This document shows positions 1-10,070 of a DNA stretch of 64,000 bases, one piece after another. The notes below the pieces were generated by a model. The model did no database searches and was not told where the DNA came from. It saw only the letters and a list, made by a program, of their open reading frames with translations. Source of the stretch: Eubacteriales bacterium (GTDB lineage Bacteria > Bacillota > Clostridia > Christensenellales > CAG-138); NCBI GenBank assembly GCA_034933205.1, contig JAYFNY010000012.1:10671-74670 (forward strand), read 5' to 3'. How positions within the stretch are numbered: the stretch's first letter is position 1; the number at the start of each line of letters is the position of its first letter. The translations under genes and the position numbers were made by a program.

Positions 1-266
1 TTCTCGATGAACCGACGCTTGGTCTGGACGTGATCGCCCGTCGCGAACTTTGGTCTGTGGTCAGGCAGCTGAAGGGAAAGGTTACGATCATACTTACCAC
101 ACACTATCTCGAAGAAGTGGAAGCTCTTTCCGATCGCGTTGGCGTGATGACGAAGGGGAAACTTGTTGCCATAGGAACGGTAGAGGAACTGAAGAAACAG
201 ACGGGCACGGAGCATTTTGAGGATGCATTCGTTGCGTTGGCAACGGAAACGGGGGCGATTGTATGA
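1..266 (+). CDS. ABC transporter ATP-binding protein, C-terminal part (5' end outside window)
   Basis: Reading from nt 3 gives LDEPTLGLD (Walker B/D-loop) and TIILTTHYLEEVE (H-loop). The stop at 264-266 overlaps the next start (ATGA). Confidence 0.85.
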   Translation, partial: LDEPTLGLDVIARRELWSVVRQLKGKVTIILTTHYLEEVEALSDRVGVMTKGKLVAIGTVEELKKQTGTEHFEDAFVALATETGAIV

Positions 267-1003
267 ATACACTGAGCGCTTTTTCAGGCAGAAATACCAA
301 AGAGATGCTGCGCGATCCGCTCAATCTTGCGTTTGGATTGGGTTTCCCCGTAGCGCTTTTGCTTCTTCTGACAGCAATTCAAAGCAACATACCGTTCAGT
401 TTATTTGAACTCGACCAGCTGACGCCGGGGATTGCGGTGTTCGGGCTTTCGTTTGTTTCGCTCTTCTCGGCCACGCTGATTAGCAAGGATCGTACAACCT
501 CATTTCTCATGCGGCTGTTTGCCTCGCCGATGCGGGCGTCGGATTTTATTCTTGGCTATACGCTGCCGATCCTTCCTATGGCTGTCCTGCAGACGTTGTT
601 TTGCTATGCGGTCGCTCTGGCGCTTGGGTTAAAGTTTACGCCCAATCTGCTGCTTGCGGTTCTCGTTTCTCTTCCGGCCGCGCTGCTTTTTATTGGAATC
701 GGTTTGTTATGCGGAAGCGTGTTCAACGATAAACAGGTCGGCGGTATCTGCGGCGCATTGTTAACGAACCTGAGCGCATGGCTCAGCGGAACGTGGTTCG
801 ATCTGAACTTGGTTGGCGGTGCGTTTCAATCGATCGCATATGCGCTTCCTTTTGCGCATGCCGTGGATGCAGGCCGGGCGGCGGTAATGGGCGACTATGC
901 CGCAATTATGCCGCATCTTTGGTGGGTGATTGGTTATGCGCTGGCGATACTTGCTGTCGCGATATTCGCTTTTCAAAGAAAAATGCATAAGGATAACGTT
1001 TAG
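263..1003 (+). CDS. ABC-2 type transporter permease
   Basis: 246 aa with about 6 hydrophobic spans. Translationally coupled to the upstream ATPase through a 4-nt ATGA overlap. Confidence 0.8.
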   Translation: MNTLSAFSGRNTKEMLRDPLNLAFGLGFPVALLLLLTAIQSNIPFSLFELDQLTPGIAVFGLSFVSLFSATLISKDRTTSFLMRLFASPMRASDFILGYTLPILPMAVLQTLFCYAVALALGLKFTPNLLLAVLVSLPAALLFIGIGLLCGSVFNDKQVGGICGALLTNLSAWLSGTWFDLNLVGGAFQSIAYALPFAHAVDAGRAAVMGDYAAIMPHLWWVIGYALAILAVAIFAFQRKMHKDNV

Positions 1004-1081
1004 TTTTCTCCATAGGGCGAAAGCGGCGTGTACGACGAAAGCGGCGTGGAAAAACCACGCCGCTTTTGCATTCGATCGACG

Positions 1082-1837
1082 CTATTTGTCCTTGGAACAA
1101 TAAACGGCAATCCCATCAGAGATCAGTTTTGCCGTACCCGCACCGTAGCGATCCATGTTGTTTGTGAAACGTTCGTCGGCAAGGTACATCGTTCCAAGAC
1201 CAGCGAGAATCTCGTTTGTACAGGGATAGTAGTATTCGCTGATGAACGACTGCCAGCGCTGCACCAACGCCTGAACGCGCGTATCTTTCGGATCGGTTCC
1301 GACAAGACCGGCAAACTCGGCGAAAATTGCTCCGGATTTTTCGGTCAGTTCAGCACAATCCTGCTTGCTGCGCTTCGCTTCGCGGCGCACGCTTTCCCGG
1401 TATGCTTCGGTATTTCCCCAGCGCTGCTTTGCTTCATTAGCAAATTGCTCGCGCATCGCATCGATTTCGCCAGTGTCAAACGGCTTAAATTCCTGCTCCA
1501 TAGTATTTGTTTTATCTCCTTTCAGTGTGTTGGAAATGAGCGAGATCAACCCGTCGAGTCGTTCGCGCTTTTGTTCAAGCAGGGCCCTGTGCTCTTGCAA
1601 AGCGCGTGTACGGTCGAATTTGGGGGAAGACAGGATCGCAGCGATCTCTTTCAGCGGGAAGTCCAGTTCTCGGTAGAATAGAATCTGCCAGAGCCGTTCG
1701 ACCTCCGCATCGTCATAATAACGATAGCCGGATTCAGCTGTCTTGCTTGGATGAAGAAGCCCCATTTGATCGTAGTGATGCAGCGCGCGGACGGATACTC
1801 CCGAGAGTTTACTCAAAGCTCCTATACTGAGCAGCAT
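1082..1837 (-). CDS. MerR family transcriptional regulator with TipAS-like C-terminal domain
   Basis: N-terminal HTH reads IGALSKLSGVSVRALHHYDQMGLL. The long helical C-terminus resembles TipAS. ATG at 1837 lies 11 nt after AGGAGG; the ORF-track GTG at 1849 overlaps that RBS. Confidence 0.85.
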   Translation of the reverse strand: MLLSIGALSKLSGVSVRALHHYDQMGLLHPSKTAESGYRYYDDAEVERLWQILFYRELDFPLKEIAAILSSPKFDRTRALQEHRALLEQKRERLDGLISLISNTLKGDKTNTMEQEFKPFDTGEIDAMREQFANEAKQRWGNTEAYRESVRREAKRSKQDCAELTEKSGAIFAEFAGLVGTDPKDTRVQALVQRWQSFISEYYYPCTNEILAGLGTMYLADERFTNNMDRYGAGTAKLISDGIAVYCSKDK

Positions 1838-1860
1838 GGATTCGCTCACCTCCTGAGATT

Positions 1861-1891
1861 ATGGTAAACTATGACGCAACGTCAGAGTCAA
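1861..1891 (-). promoter_or_regulatory. MerR-type promoter/operator: TTGACT, 19-bp spacer, TACCAT, with inverted repeat in the spacer
   Basis: The minus strand reads TTGACT-CTGACGTTGCGTCATAGTT-TACCAT. The 9-bp arms ACTCTGACG/CGTCATAGT match 8 of 9 and span the spacer. A 19-bp spacer is the MerR-family hallmark. It sits unusually close to the RBS. Confidence 0.5.
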
Positions 1892-2003
1892 GCTTTTTTT
1901 ATAAATCGCAAGAATTACGATTCCGATGGGATGTGGATGTTCGAACCGGAATGTGCTATGATCGGTTCAGCGGGTCGTTTTGTGCCTGTGACGGAGGAAA
2001 TGT

Positions 2004-2579
2004 ATGGAACCGAGAGAACTGTTGAACTTTTTATGCCGGATTGAACGTCTCAAGACGAACGGAAGACATAGCGTGACCAGTGGCGGCGTTACCGAAACCG
2101 TTGCGGCGCATTCCTGGCGGCTTGCGGTGTTCGCGATGCTTGTTCTGCCGGAATTTCCGGATATCGACGGGGATAAACTGATACGGATGTGTCTTGTGCA
2201 CGATTTCGGCGAAGCGATTACAGGGGATATTCCTTCCTTTCTGAAGACGTCACAGCAGGAGGCGACAGAAGTAGACGCGGTGGGAACGCTCCTTTCCGAT
2301 TTACCGGAACCACAGCGGGGAGAGATGAAAGCTCTGTTCTGCGAAATGGACGCAATGGAAACGCAGGAGGCGAAGCTTTACAAAGCGCTGGATAAAATGG
2401 AAGCCGTGATCCAGCATAATGAGAGCGATATCTGTTCCTGGCTGCCGCTGGAGTATGATCTGCAGCAAACTTATGCGCTTGAAAACGCAGCGCAATTTCC
2501 TTACTTAAAAGACCTCAGAAGCTTGATGCTGGATGATACAAAGAACAAGATCAATCAGTCGAGGGAGAAAGAGATATGA
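2004..2579 (+). CDS. HD domain phosphohydrolase (YfbR-like 5'-deoxynucleotidase family)
   Basis: Contains AAHSWRLAV ... LVHDFGEAITGDIP, the H...HD...D metal-binding motifs. 191 aa. Confidence 0.8.
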   Translation: MEPRELLNFLCRIERLKTNGRHSVTSGGVTETVAAHSWRLAVFAMLVLPEFPDIDGDKLIRMCLVHDFGEAITGDIPSFLKTSQQEATEVDAVGTLLSDLPEPQRGEMKALFCEMDAMETQEAKLYKALDKMEAVIQHNESDICSWLPLEYDLQQTYALENAAQFPYLKDLRSLMLDDTKNKINQSREKEI

Positions 2580-3115
2580 GCGATTACCTGGATTTGGTGA
2601 AGCGGCGCGAAAGCTGCCGAAATTTTGATATAACCCGTTTTGTGGAACATGACAAACTGGAGCGCTGCGCAGAGGCCGCATGGATAGCTCCATCCGCGTG
2701 CAACGGTCAACCGTGGAAATATCTCATTGTTACGAATCCTGAACTCGCGCAGAAACTTCGGCCGATGATGCAGGACTTAGGTATGAATAAATTCGTGAAT
2801 CAATGTCCGGTGTTTGCGGTTGTTCTGGAGGAGCCGACAAAGTTGAAAGTGTCTGCCTCTCAGCGATTCAAGGACCAAAACTTTGCGCCCATTGACGTTG
2901 CGTTTTCCGCATCGCAGTTTTGCTATGCCGCGACCGAGCAAGGGCTCTCTACCTGCATTATCGGCTGGTTCAACGAACCCAAAATTCGGGAATTGTTTGG
3001 ATTGTCGAAAAATGAACGCGTGCGTTTGATTTTAGCCGTTGGATACGCTGCAACAGACCAGCTGCGCGAGAAGAAGCGGAAGCCTCTGAATGACGTGATC
3101 CAGTTTTATGATTAA
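2576..3115 (+). CDS. Nitroreductase family protein
   Basis: RESCRNF near the N-terminus and SACNGQPWKY are typical of the nitroreductase fold. 4-nt overlap with the HD gene. Confidence 0.8.
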   Translation: MSDYLDLVKRRESCRNFDITRFVEHDKLERCAEAAWIAPSACNGQPWKYLIVTNPELAQKLRPMMQDLGMNKFVNQCPVFAVVLEEPTKLKVSASQRFKDQNFAPIDVAFSASQFCYAATEQGLSTCIIGWFNEPKIRELFGLSKNERVRLILAVGYAATDQLREKKRKPLNDVIQFYD

Positions 3116-3162
3116 GGAGATTTACAGGAAAGACGGAGGCGCGCTGTGTGACGCGCCTTATT

Positions 3163-4065
3163 TTAGTTCACACAGATTGGCGTAAGGGTAACAACGGTCA
3201 GCTCCGGTGGATTGAAGATTCTTGGCAGCCAGATTGGCTTACGAGAAAGTCCGCGGCTGATAATCAATGTGGTTTCCCCCAATTGATAGCGACCGCCGCC
3301 ATATTTTGGGAAGAAACCCTGGCCCGGTGCATACAGGCCGTTGAACAAGCCGGGCAGAATGATCTGCCCACCGTGGGTATGGCCGGAAAGCATGAGGTCG
3401 AACTTGTAGCCGAGATAGGATTCCACGCCGTTTGGCACATGGATGGCCAGAATCGAGAATTCCGAAGGGTTGCGCTGCTTTGCAGCTTCCTGAATTTGGT
3501 AAAGCTGCTTTTGCTTTCCACCCCGGCCGTCGTCTATGCCAAAGATACGGATCTTTGTTTCACCTTTGGCGATCAGCGCGCTGTCACCGGCCAGAATCGG
3601 GATTCCGGCTTGATGAATGAGGGCGCGAATCGTGGCGATCCGGCCGGTTTTATACTCATGGTTTCCTAGAATATAGTAGCAGGAGTATCGATCGGAAAGC
3701 GCGTTGAGCAGCGTGATGGTTGAGCGGCTTTCTCCATACTGGTCAAACAGGTCGCCCAGCAGCAGAACAACGTCGGGGGAAGCGTTGTCGATTGCCGAAA
3801 GAAGATCCGCCTGACCGCTTCCGTACGACGCGTTGTGAAGGTCGCTTACGACGCAAATACGGATGGAATCGTGAATCCGCGCGTCTGTTACCTCGTATTC
3901 ACGCGTTGTAATACGGTATTTCCCGCCGATATTGAGTGCCAGATAGAGCGCCATAGTAAGAGCAAATATCCTCCTCAAATGCGGATGCGGACAAACCGGG
4001 TGGGATATTTCGGGATATGGTTTCTGCGGAAAAGGGGATAGGCTCCTCTTTTTTTGTGTTTCCAT
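3163..4065 (-). CDS. Membrane-anchored metallophosphoesterase (calcineurin-like)
   Basis: Motifs VVSDLH, LLLGDLFD, GNHE and SGHTHGGQ. The start is uncertain: the ORF extends to 4122 and neither candidate has a clear RBS. Confidence 0.8.
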   Translation of the reverse strand: METQKKRSLSPFPQKPYPEISHPVCPHPHLRRIFALTMALYLALNIGGKYRITTREYEVTDARIHDSIRICVVSDLHNASYGSGQADLLSAIDNASPDVVLLLGDLFDQYGESRSTITLLNALSDRYSCYYILGNHEYKTGRIATIRALIHQAGIPILAGDSALIAKGETKIRIFGIDDGRGGKQKQLYQIQEAAKQRNPSEFSILAIHVPNGVESYLGYKFDLMLSGHTHGGQIILPGLFNGLYAPGQGFFPKYGGGRYQLGETTLIISRGLSRKPIWLPRIFNPPELTVVTLTPICVN

Positions 4066-4158
4066 AGGATTGAGTATAACAAATGTTACGTGCCACGGCC
4101 AGCAAGAAAACGAAAAATACACGTAAATTGCACAACGTCGCCAAATTCAGGATCATGC

Positions 4159-4188
4159 AAAACGAGCCACCCGTAATTGGGTGGCTCG
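4159..4188 (-). terminator. Rho-independent terminator downstream of the surface-protein gene
   Basis: 10-bp stem CGAGCCACCC/GGGTGGCTCG with a 6-nt loop, followed by TTTT on the minus strand. Confidence 0.6.
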
Positions 4189-4212
4189 CCGTATTGACAG
4201 GATGTGTACGAA

Positions 4213-7044
4213 CTAGCTTAATGAAATAAAGGTGCTGAAGATATAACCGATTGTGGTCGTATTGTACTGAACCTTGATCCAGTCACCTTCGGTTGCAAGA
4301 TAGGTATACGTGGAACCCAGAGTTGCTTTGCCGATGCGTGTGCTCGTCGTGCTGGCACTTGCGCGAACGTTGACCGCATAGAGGCAGTTCGTAATGGTTG
4401 CCTTTGTTGGCGTGGACGTTGTGCCAGGCGAGGACGTCGTTCCGGTCGAGGTTGCGCTGCCGGCGGAGGTATACGACGCAGAGGTCTTTGTTGCGTTAAG
4501 GTAACTTGCCCAGATATATCCCTTCGTCGTATTGTTGTACTGGATATAATACCAGCTGCCGGTCTTACCGAGAATCTTGAACGTATCGCCGACATAGGCA
4601 TAACCGACGAGCTTGCTTAGTCCGCTTGCATTGGCGCGAACATTGACCCTGCGATGGAAGTTTGCCGCAACACCGTAGTTATACTCGGTATTGGTCACGG
4701 TGATCTTGATGCTGGCGGTTTTGCCGTCCGCAGTGGCGGTAATGGTCGCTTCACCAAGCGTCAGTCCCTTTAGGAGACCGTTAGCATCGATGCTGGCAAC
4801 ACTTGCGTTGGATGAAGTCCAAGTCGCCGTCTGCGTGGTGGCGTTTGCCGGCAGGATCGTCGCCTTGAGGTAGGTGGAATCGCTGACTAAAAGGTCGAGC
4901 GATGCGCCGTAGTTAATCGTGATGCCGGTAACCGAAATCTTCGGTTTGGAAAGAACGACGCATTCGGCGTATTTTCCGCTGCCGTCCGTTGCCGCTGCGG
5001 TAATGATGGAGTAGCCTTTTGTTGCGCCGGCGGTAATATTTCCCTTGGAATCGACGGTTGCAACGGAGGTGTTCGAACTCGTCCACTTGATTGCCTGGTT
5101 CGTGGCGTTGGTCGGGTAGATCGTCGCCTTCACCGTTGCGGTGTCGCCCTCGCTCAGATCGAAGGAGGATTTATCCAGATACACGTTCAGGACCTGAATG
5201 TTATTTACCGTTACGACGCAGGAAGCGTATTTGCCGCTTCCGTCGGTCGCTTCCGCCTTGATGACGGCGGTGCCTTTGGAAGCTGCGATGATTTTCCCGC
5301 TGGAACTAACAGAGGCGACGTCCTTGTTACTGCTCGACCAGTTGATGGTCTTGTTCGTGGCGGTGGAAGGCGTACCGGTTACGGTCAGCGTTTCCTCGTC
5401 GCCTACGTTCAGCGCAAGGTCGGACTTGTTCAGCGTCAGGCTCGTAATGAGAACAGCGGGCAGAACCTTGACGGTGATGGTTGCTTTTACAGAGGAGTTG
5501 GAAGTCTGCGCCGTAATGGTCGCCTCGCCGTACTCCTTATCGGTGGGAACGCCAACCGCCGTGATTTTGCCGGTCGAGTCGACGGTTGCCACACTGGGAG
5601 CGCTGCTCGTCCAGGTAACGGCGGGATCCGCCGCACCGGAAGGCGTTACTACTGCGCTGATGGTTTTCCAGCTGCCTTTGTACAGCGTGATGCTGGTGTC
5701 GCTCAGCGAAATACCGTCTACAGCAACCGTATTGACCGTTACAGAGCAGGATGCAGTAATGGCTGGTACGGAAACTGTAGTTGCTGTTATGGTAACGGCG
5801 GTGTCGAAATTGCGCAGCACTTTAACCGTACCAGTCGAATCAACAGAAACATCATTTGGACTGGTACTCTTCCACGTTAATGTTTTATCCGTAGCGTCAT
5901 CCGGGCCAACAGTTGCTGCCAGGGAATACGTTCCATTGACCGGGAGGTTGAGAGAAGTTTTATCCAATACGAGCGCGCTGACAGGAGTATTCGGCTTTGT
6001 TACGTTAACAATAACAGTTTTGCTGACGTTGCTGCCGCGCGTACGGATAGTTACCACTGCCTGCCCGACGGAAAGACCCTTTATGGTCAGTGTACCGGCA
6101 GAAAAACTCTCGATGGCGGCAATGGCTGGTTTATCAACACTAACAACAAGGCACGCTGTTGAAAGGTCAGCAGAGGCACTGTCTTTCGGTGTTGCTTTTA
6201 CAGTATCCGAATTACCGATGACTAAGTTGAGCGTCTCCTTGTCGAGAGATAGACTTGCGGCAGATTCATGCACACCGCTGAACGCGCCATCTTTGAGCTC
6301 TATCGCAGCGATCTTTTTGACATAATCATCATCGGCGGCACCATCGTACGTCTCGGTGCGAGAGATAATTATGTATTTCTGCTTGATTGTAAGTGGATCA
6401 GTGGCGGAAATTACATCGAGTTTGCCATCCGCGTCAGAGGAGGCGGTGACAACATAATCGGTGCTTGCCAGAACCTTTTCATCAATCATATTTGTGTATA
6501 CTGCGTTGACGGTTAATCCAGCAAGATTCAGGATTTCACCTACATAGTAGTCCAACTGTGAAGGACCTGTTACGGTAAGCGAACTGAGAAGATTATTCTG
6601 GACGGAGATAGTAACCTCTTTTGTTACTGTAACAGAATCTGTATGACCTGTTGGAACATACGTGTAAGAAACGGTCAGAGTTTTTTTACCAAGATCAGAT
6701 GCCTGAAACACGTACTCTGAACCAGGCGTATAAATCTTGTCATTCATGTAGAGTACATAGGCTTCTGCACCTACTGTGTTACTGACCGCGCTACCCATGT
6801 TTGGCAATACGGTTCCCCCTGTATGGGTAGGAGTATTGTCATAAAGTTTTACAATCAGCGAAGCACTTGTCCATTTGAATGGGGTAGCACCGCTGCCATA
6901 CTGAAATAGAGTATTTGTAGCATCGGGGATTTCTACCACCAACTTTGCATCGACATCGTTATCCGCCAAGGCGGTTGTTGGCACAAGTACGAGCATGAAA
7001 ATCAGGCTCAGAACCAGTGCAATGGTGCGTTTCATTCGGTACAC
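4213..7044 (-). CDS. Secreted surface protein with multiple Big_2 (bacterial Ig-like) repeats and two C-terminal SH3b-like domains
   Basis: Signal peptide MKRTIALVLSLIFMLVLVPTTALA. Repeated modules of about 80-90 aa of the form (V..L.L....L.L..G.T..L.ATV.P..AT....W.SS...VA.V...G.V.A...G.A.ITA). The C-terminus has two units of the V.VR...S......G....G....L......W..IQY type. Confidence 0.85.
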   Translation of the reverse strand: MYRMKRTIALVLSLIFMLVLVPTTALADNDVDAKLVVEIPDATNTLFQYGSGATPFKWTSASLIVKLYDNTPTHTGGTVLPNMGSAVSNTVGAEAYVLYMNDKIYTPGSEYVFQASDLGKKTLTVSYTYVPTGHTDSVTVTKEVTISVQNNLLSSLTVTGPSQLDYYVGEILNLAGLTVNAVYTNMIDEKVLASTDYVVTASSDADGKLDVISATDPLTIKQKYIIISRTETYDGAADDDYVKKIAAIELKDGAFSGVHESAASLSLDKETLNLVIGNSDTVKATPKDSASADLSTACLVVSVDKPAIAAIESFSAGTLTIKGLSVGQAVVTIRTRGSNVSKTVIVNVTKPNTPVSALVLDKTSLNLPVNGTYSLAATVGPDDATDKTLTWKSTSPNDVSVDSTGTVKVLRNFDTAVTITATTVSVPAITASCSVTVNTVAVDGISLSDTSITLYKGSWKTISAVVTPSGAADPAVTWTSSAPSVATVDSTGKITAVGVPTDKEYGEATITAQTSNSSVKATITVKVLPAVLITSLTLNKSDLALNVGDEETLTVTGTPSTATNKTINWSSSNKDVASVSSSGKIIAASKGTAVIKAEATDGSGKYASCVVTVNNIQVLNVYLDKSSFDLSEGDTATVKATIYPTNATNQAIKWTSSNTSVATVDSKGNITAGATKGYSIITAAATDGSGKYAECVVLSKPKISVTGITINYGASLDLLVSDSTYLKATILPANATTQTATWTSSNASVASIDANGLLKGLTLGEATITATADGKTASIKITVTNTEYNYGVAANFHRRVNVRANASGLSKLVGYAYVGDTFKILGKTGSWYYIQYNNTTKGYIWASYLNATKTSASYTSAGSATSTGTTSSPGTTSTPTKATITNCLYAVNVRASASTTSTRIGKATLGSTYTYLATEGDWIKVQYNTTTIGYIFSTFISLS

Positions 7045-7395
7045 ATCCTTTCTTGCATGAAAGACATTCTGTCGGGGAAATTATACATGAGCGGTATATA
7101 TATGTAAACAGCGCCGGGAAAGATGTTACGGATATTTCACACATCCGCGATAAAATATGGCATATCAGCCTTAATATGGTCTTAGAATAGCACGATTCTG
7201 CAGTCGGTGTACCGTATTTCACAAATCGTTTGATTTTGATTGACAATTTACGATCAAAACTCTGTAGAAGCTGCCATAATTCAGAACAGAAAAAGCTCGC
7301 ACCGAATACGGCGCGAGCTGCGGGACAAAGGGAAGGCTGTTGCACACCCGTGTAAGGATAGCCGGTATAAATATACAATTCTCCCGAAATTCGGA

Positions 7396-8433
7396 TTACC
7401 AGTGATTGACAGCGTGCTCGGCAAACCCCGTAACTTGAGAAAAATCGATCCTGTTTTCACCGGAGATGGAAAAGCTGCCTTCGAATGTACCGAACATCTG
7501 GTGACATCGATTATGAACGAACAGCATTTTTGTGATGGTATCGCGATCGTAGCACGGAGTCAGGACCGCTGAAAAACGCCTGTCGTCTGAAAAGAGCTGC
7601 CAGGGCTGCATCGGATCGTCCTGACACAGAATTTGGACGTCGCCGAGTTTCACGACCGTATCGCCGTAATACACGATGTTCTCCGTTCCACGCGACTTCT
7701 CCTTGCTGCCGAACCCACAACCCAGATTAAAGCCGAACGGGACACCGTTCAGAACTGTACTCACGCTGCTCCAGTACCATTCATGAGAAAACGGCCATAC
7801 GCCGCGCCCCCAGTCGAGAAGCGAGAACGCTCGGCCTGACGTGAAGGGATACGACTTGTTTTCAAAACGGACATTTACCGCCGCCTGCAGCAGGTTCATC
7901 TTTTCGTTGAGGTAGAATTCCCGTTTCCGTTCAAACGGAGTACAGACCAAAACGGAATTGGATACGACAGGCGTAAGTTCGGCTTCCGCAGAGAAACCGT
8001 CGCAGCGGGCGACGAGCCGCCGCACGCCGCCCTTTGTTTCGAACGAAAGGAACATATCTTTGTGGGAAAACACAAGACAGGAGTCGGCATGCGCGTTTTC
8101 GGGAAGATGCATGCTGCGAAACGGCAGCGGAAGGGTCATACCCCGCTCGAAGATCCGTTCGCCGGTTTCGTGATTAAAAAAAGCGATATTACAGTTTCCG
8201 GCATAGGATACATGCCCGATGACCAGCTGGAGACAGAACCGCTCGTCCGCAATCTGGTAAAAATCCCATTCCTTGAGGCGAAACAGTGCGCCGCGGATAC
8301 GCGCACGGTCGTAAACCGCATCGCCGGTAAGGGAGTATCCCGCGACGGGGCAGCCTTTTCGATCGAGCACGGACTCCCCTGACGAAAAGATGTGAACGAG
8401 ATTCGTCTGTTTTTCGGATGAAAGGATACTCAT
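7396..8433 (-). CDS. DUF2804-like hypothetical protein
   Basis: 345-aa soluble protein. The family name comes from recollection of the EWDFYQI...GHVSYAG region only. 4-nt overlap with the downstream MFS gene suggests an operon. Confidence 0.45.
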   Translation of the reverse strand: MSILSSEKQTNLVHIFSSGESVLDRKGCPVAGYSLTGDAVYDRARIRGALFRLKEWDFYQIADERFCLQLVIGHVSYAGNCNIAFFNHETGERIFERGMTLPLPFRSMHLPENAHADSCLVFSHKDMFLSFETKGGVRRLVARCDGFSAEAELTPVVSNSVLVCTPFERKREFYLNEKMNLLQAAVNVRFENKSYPFTSGRAFSLLDWGRGVWPFSHEWYWSSVSTVLNGVPFGFNLGCGFGSKEKSRGTENIVYYGDTVVKLGDVQILCQDDPMQPWQLFSDDRRFSAVLTPCYDRDTITKMLFVHNRCHQMFGTFEGSFSISGENRIDFSQVTGFAEHAVNHW

Positions 8434-9743
8434 TGCGCTTCATTTCCCATGTAGGCCGCCGAAGAAGAAATACGTGCCTTATGCAGCCGGTTCGCCATGG
8501 TCAGCGGCAGGATCGAAAACGCCGTTACCGCGGCGGAAACAAGAAACAGGGAAGGCCCGGGGACCATTCCCGAAACATTGTTGATGACCATTTCTCTGCC
8601 CCAGGCGTTGATAACGGGTGCGGCGATCAGCGGCCCGAAGACCATAGGCAGGGCGACGTAGAATACCTGCTTGATTCCTTCAAACTGACCGCGCTGGTCG
8701 TCCGGATAGAGATTTTTGATCCAGGCCGTCAGCGTTTGCAATGTAAGGATGTAGCCGCACCCTGCCAGGAACATGCCGGCGATCAGCAGGACAAGCCCGT
8801 TGGCGAACGCAATGCAGATCAATCCGATGGTGTTGGCAATGAGCGCATACAGGATCACGCGCGCAAGTTGCCCTTTGTCGATGAGTCGCGCGGTTGGAAT
8901 GGTCATAATCGATGCGACAACCAGAGCGCCGCCTTGCAGTGCGCCCGAGATCGTGTAGCTGTAACCCAGGTAATTCACAAAGTAGATCGTAATGTAGGAA
9001 AAATACACGTTAAAGCCGATAAAGTAGATCAGCATAACCACGAATACCCAGAAAAGCTCCCGGTTCTCTTTGACCGTTCGCCAGTTGAAGACGCGAAGGA
9101 CCTGCTTGAAATAAGTCGGCTCGTCGCGCCGCGGCATCAGATCCGGCGAATCCTTCATAAAGAGCAGGGATACAAAACCGAAAACGATGATCAACATGCC
9201 CATCATAACGAAGAATGGAAAGTAATCGAGAGCGTCGATAATGGCGCTGGAAACCACCGTGCCAAAGATGGTTGCAATAACGGGCATGACCGCAAGCGCT
9301 CCGCCTAACCGGCCCCGATTCGAAGCGTTGGAGATGTCCGTCGTCCAAATGGAGAACCCTGCGTCGTAACCAAAGGAACCGAAGAAGCTCATGACGGCGT
9401 CGGAAAGGACGACGAACGTTGCGGCAAGCGTAATAGGGGACTTGGGGATAAATTCGCCCAATCCGAAAACGATTGTGAATACGCCCCAAAACATATAACC
9501 AATGCTGACGAACGGCTTGCGTTTTCCGATACGGTCGCTCCAGGTGCCGACGAGAAACGTACAAAAAGTGGTGACGACCGCGCTGAGCCCAACCATCCAA
9601 CTGATAATGGAGGGATCCGGCGCAATTTTATTGTAAACAAATGTGCTGAACCATGCGTTCTCTACATTCCAGCAGAGATTTCCGGCTAAACCAAGTACCC
9701 AGATGAGGATCCAGTTTTTTCGGCTGATATCCGACTGCGCCAT
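8430..9743 (-). CDS. MFS transporter (GPH-like)
   Basis: About 12 hydrophobic spans and a GTWSDRIGKRKPF loop motif. ATG at 9743 is preceded by GGAGGA; the ORF-track extension to 9929 is not hydrophobic and has no RBS. Confidence 0.85.
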   Translation of the reverse strand: MAQSDISRKNWILIWVLGLAGNLCWNVENAWFSTFVYNKIAPDPSIISWMVGLSAVVTTFCTFLVGTWSDRIGKRKPFVSIGYMFWGVFTIVFGLGEFIPKSPITLAATFVVLSDAVMSFFGSFGYDAGFSIWTTDISNASNRGRLGGALAVMPVIATIFGTVVSSAIIDALDYFPFFVMMGMLIIVFGFVSLLFMKDSPDLMPRRDEPTYFKQVLRVFNWRTVKENRELFWVFVVMLIYFIGFNVYFSYITIYFVNYLGYSYTISGALQGGALVVASIMTIPTARLIDKGQLARVILYALIANTIGLICIAFANGLVLLIAGMFLAGCGYILTLQTLTAWIKNLYPDDQRGQFEGIKQVFYVALPMVFGPLIAAPVINAWGREMVINNVSGMVPGPSLFLVSAAVTAFSILPLTMANRLHKARISSSAAYMGNEAQ

Positions 9744-10070
9744 ATTGTATTGTCCTCCATGCTTTTGAAATTCGCTTCGAATTGAGCTGATGTAATAGAA
9801 AAAATGAAATCGCAGGCAAGTCGGTCGTGCGACTGCCACTAGTATACCGCAAGAGAGCCGATGCGGAAAGGGTTCTTTTCTACGCTTACCGTGTTTTCGC
9901 CGGGATAGGCCTATATGTGATATAATCACGGAATAAGAGGATAGAATTCCGCGAGAATGTATGTAACCAGTGTGGCGCCCAAACGAGACTGTCTTTTGCG
10001 GGGCTGCCGGTACTGCCGCTTTGTTATCTCAACGGCAGGGCATTTCAATCACGGAAAGGAATCTAAAAAA

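Noticed and set aside
5198-6325. 375-aa plus-strand ORF
   Set aside because: It lies entirely antisense to the Big_2 surface-protein gene. Its composition is low-complexity Val/Thr/Ala/Ser, typical of the mirror frame of GC-rich coding DNA, and it has no RBS.
8430-9929. N-terminal extensions in the ORF track (for example MFS 499 aa, rplM 192 aa, MBL 467 aa, ABC ATPase 561 aa)
   Set aside because: The extensions are non-hydrophobic or Arg-rich junk that precedes an internal ATG. That ATG has a GGAGG-type RBS and a canonical N-terminus (signal peptide, lipobox or conserved start), so the shorter coordinates were used.
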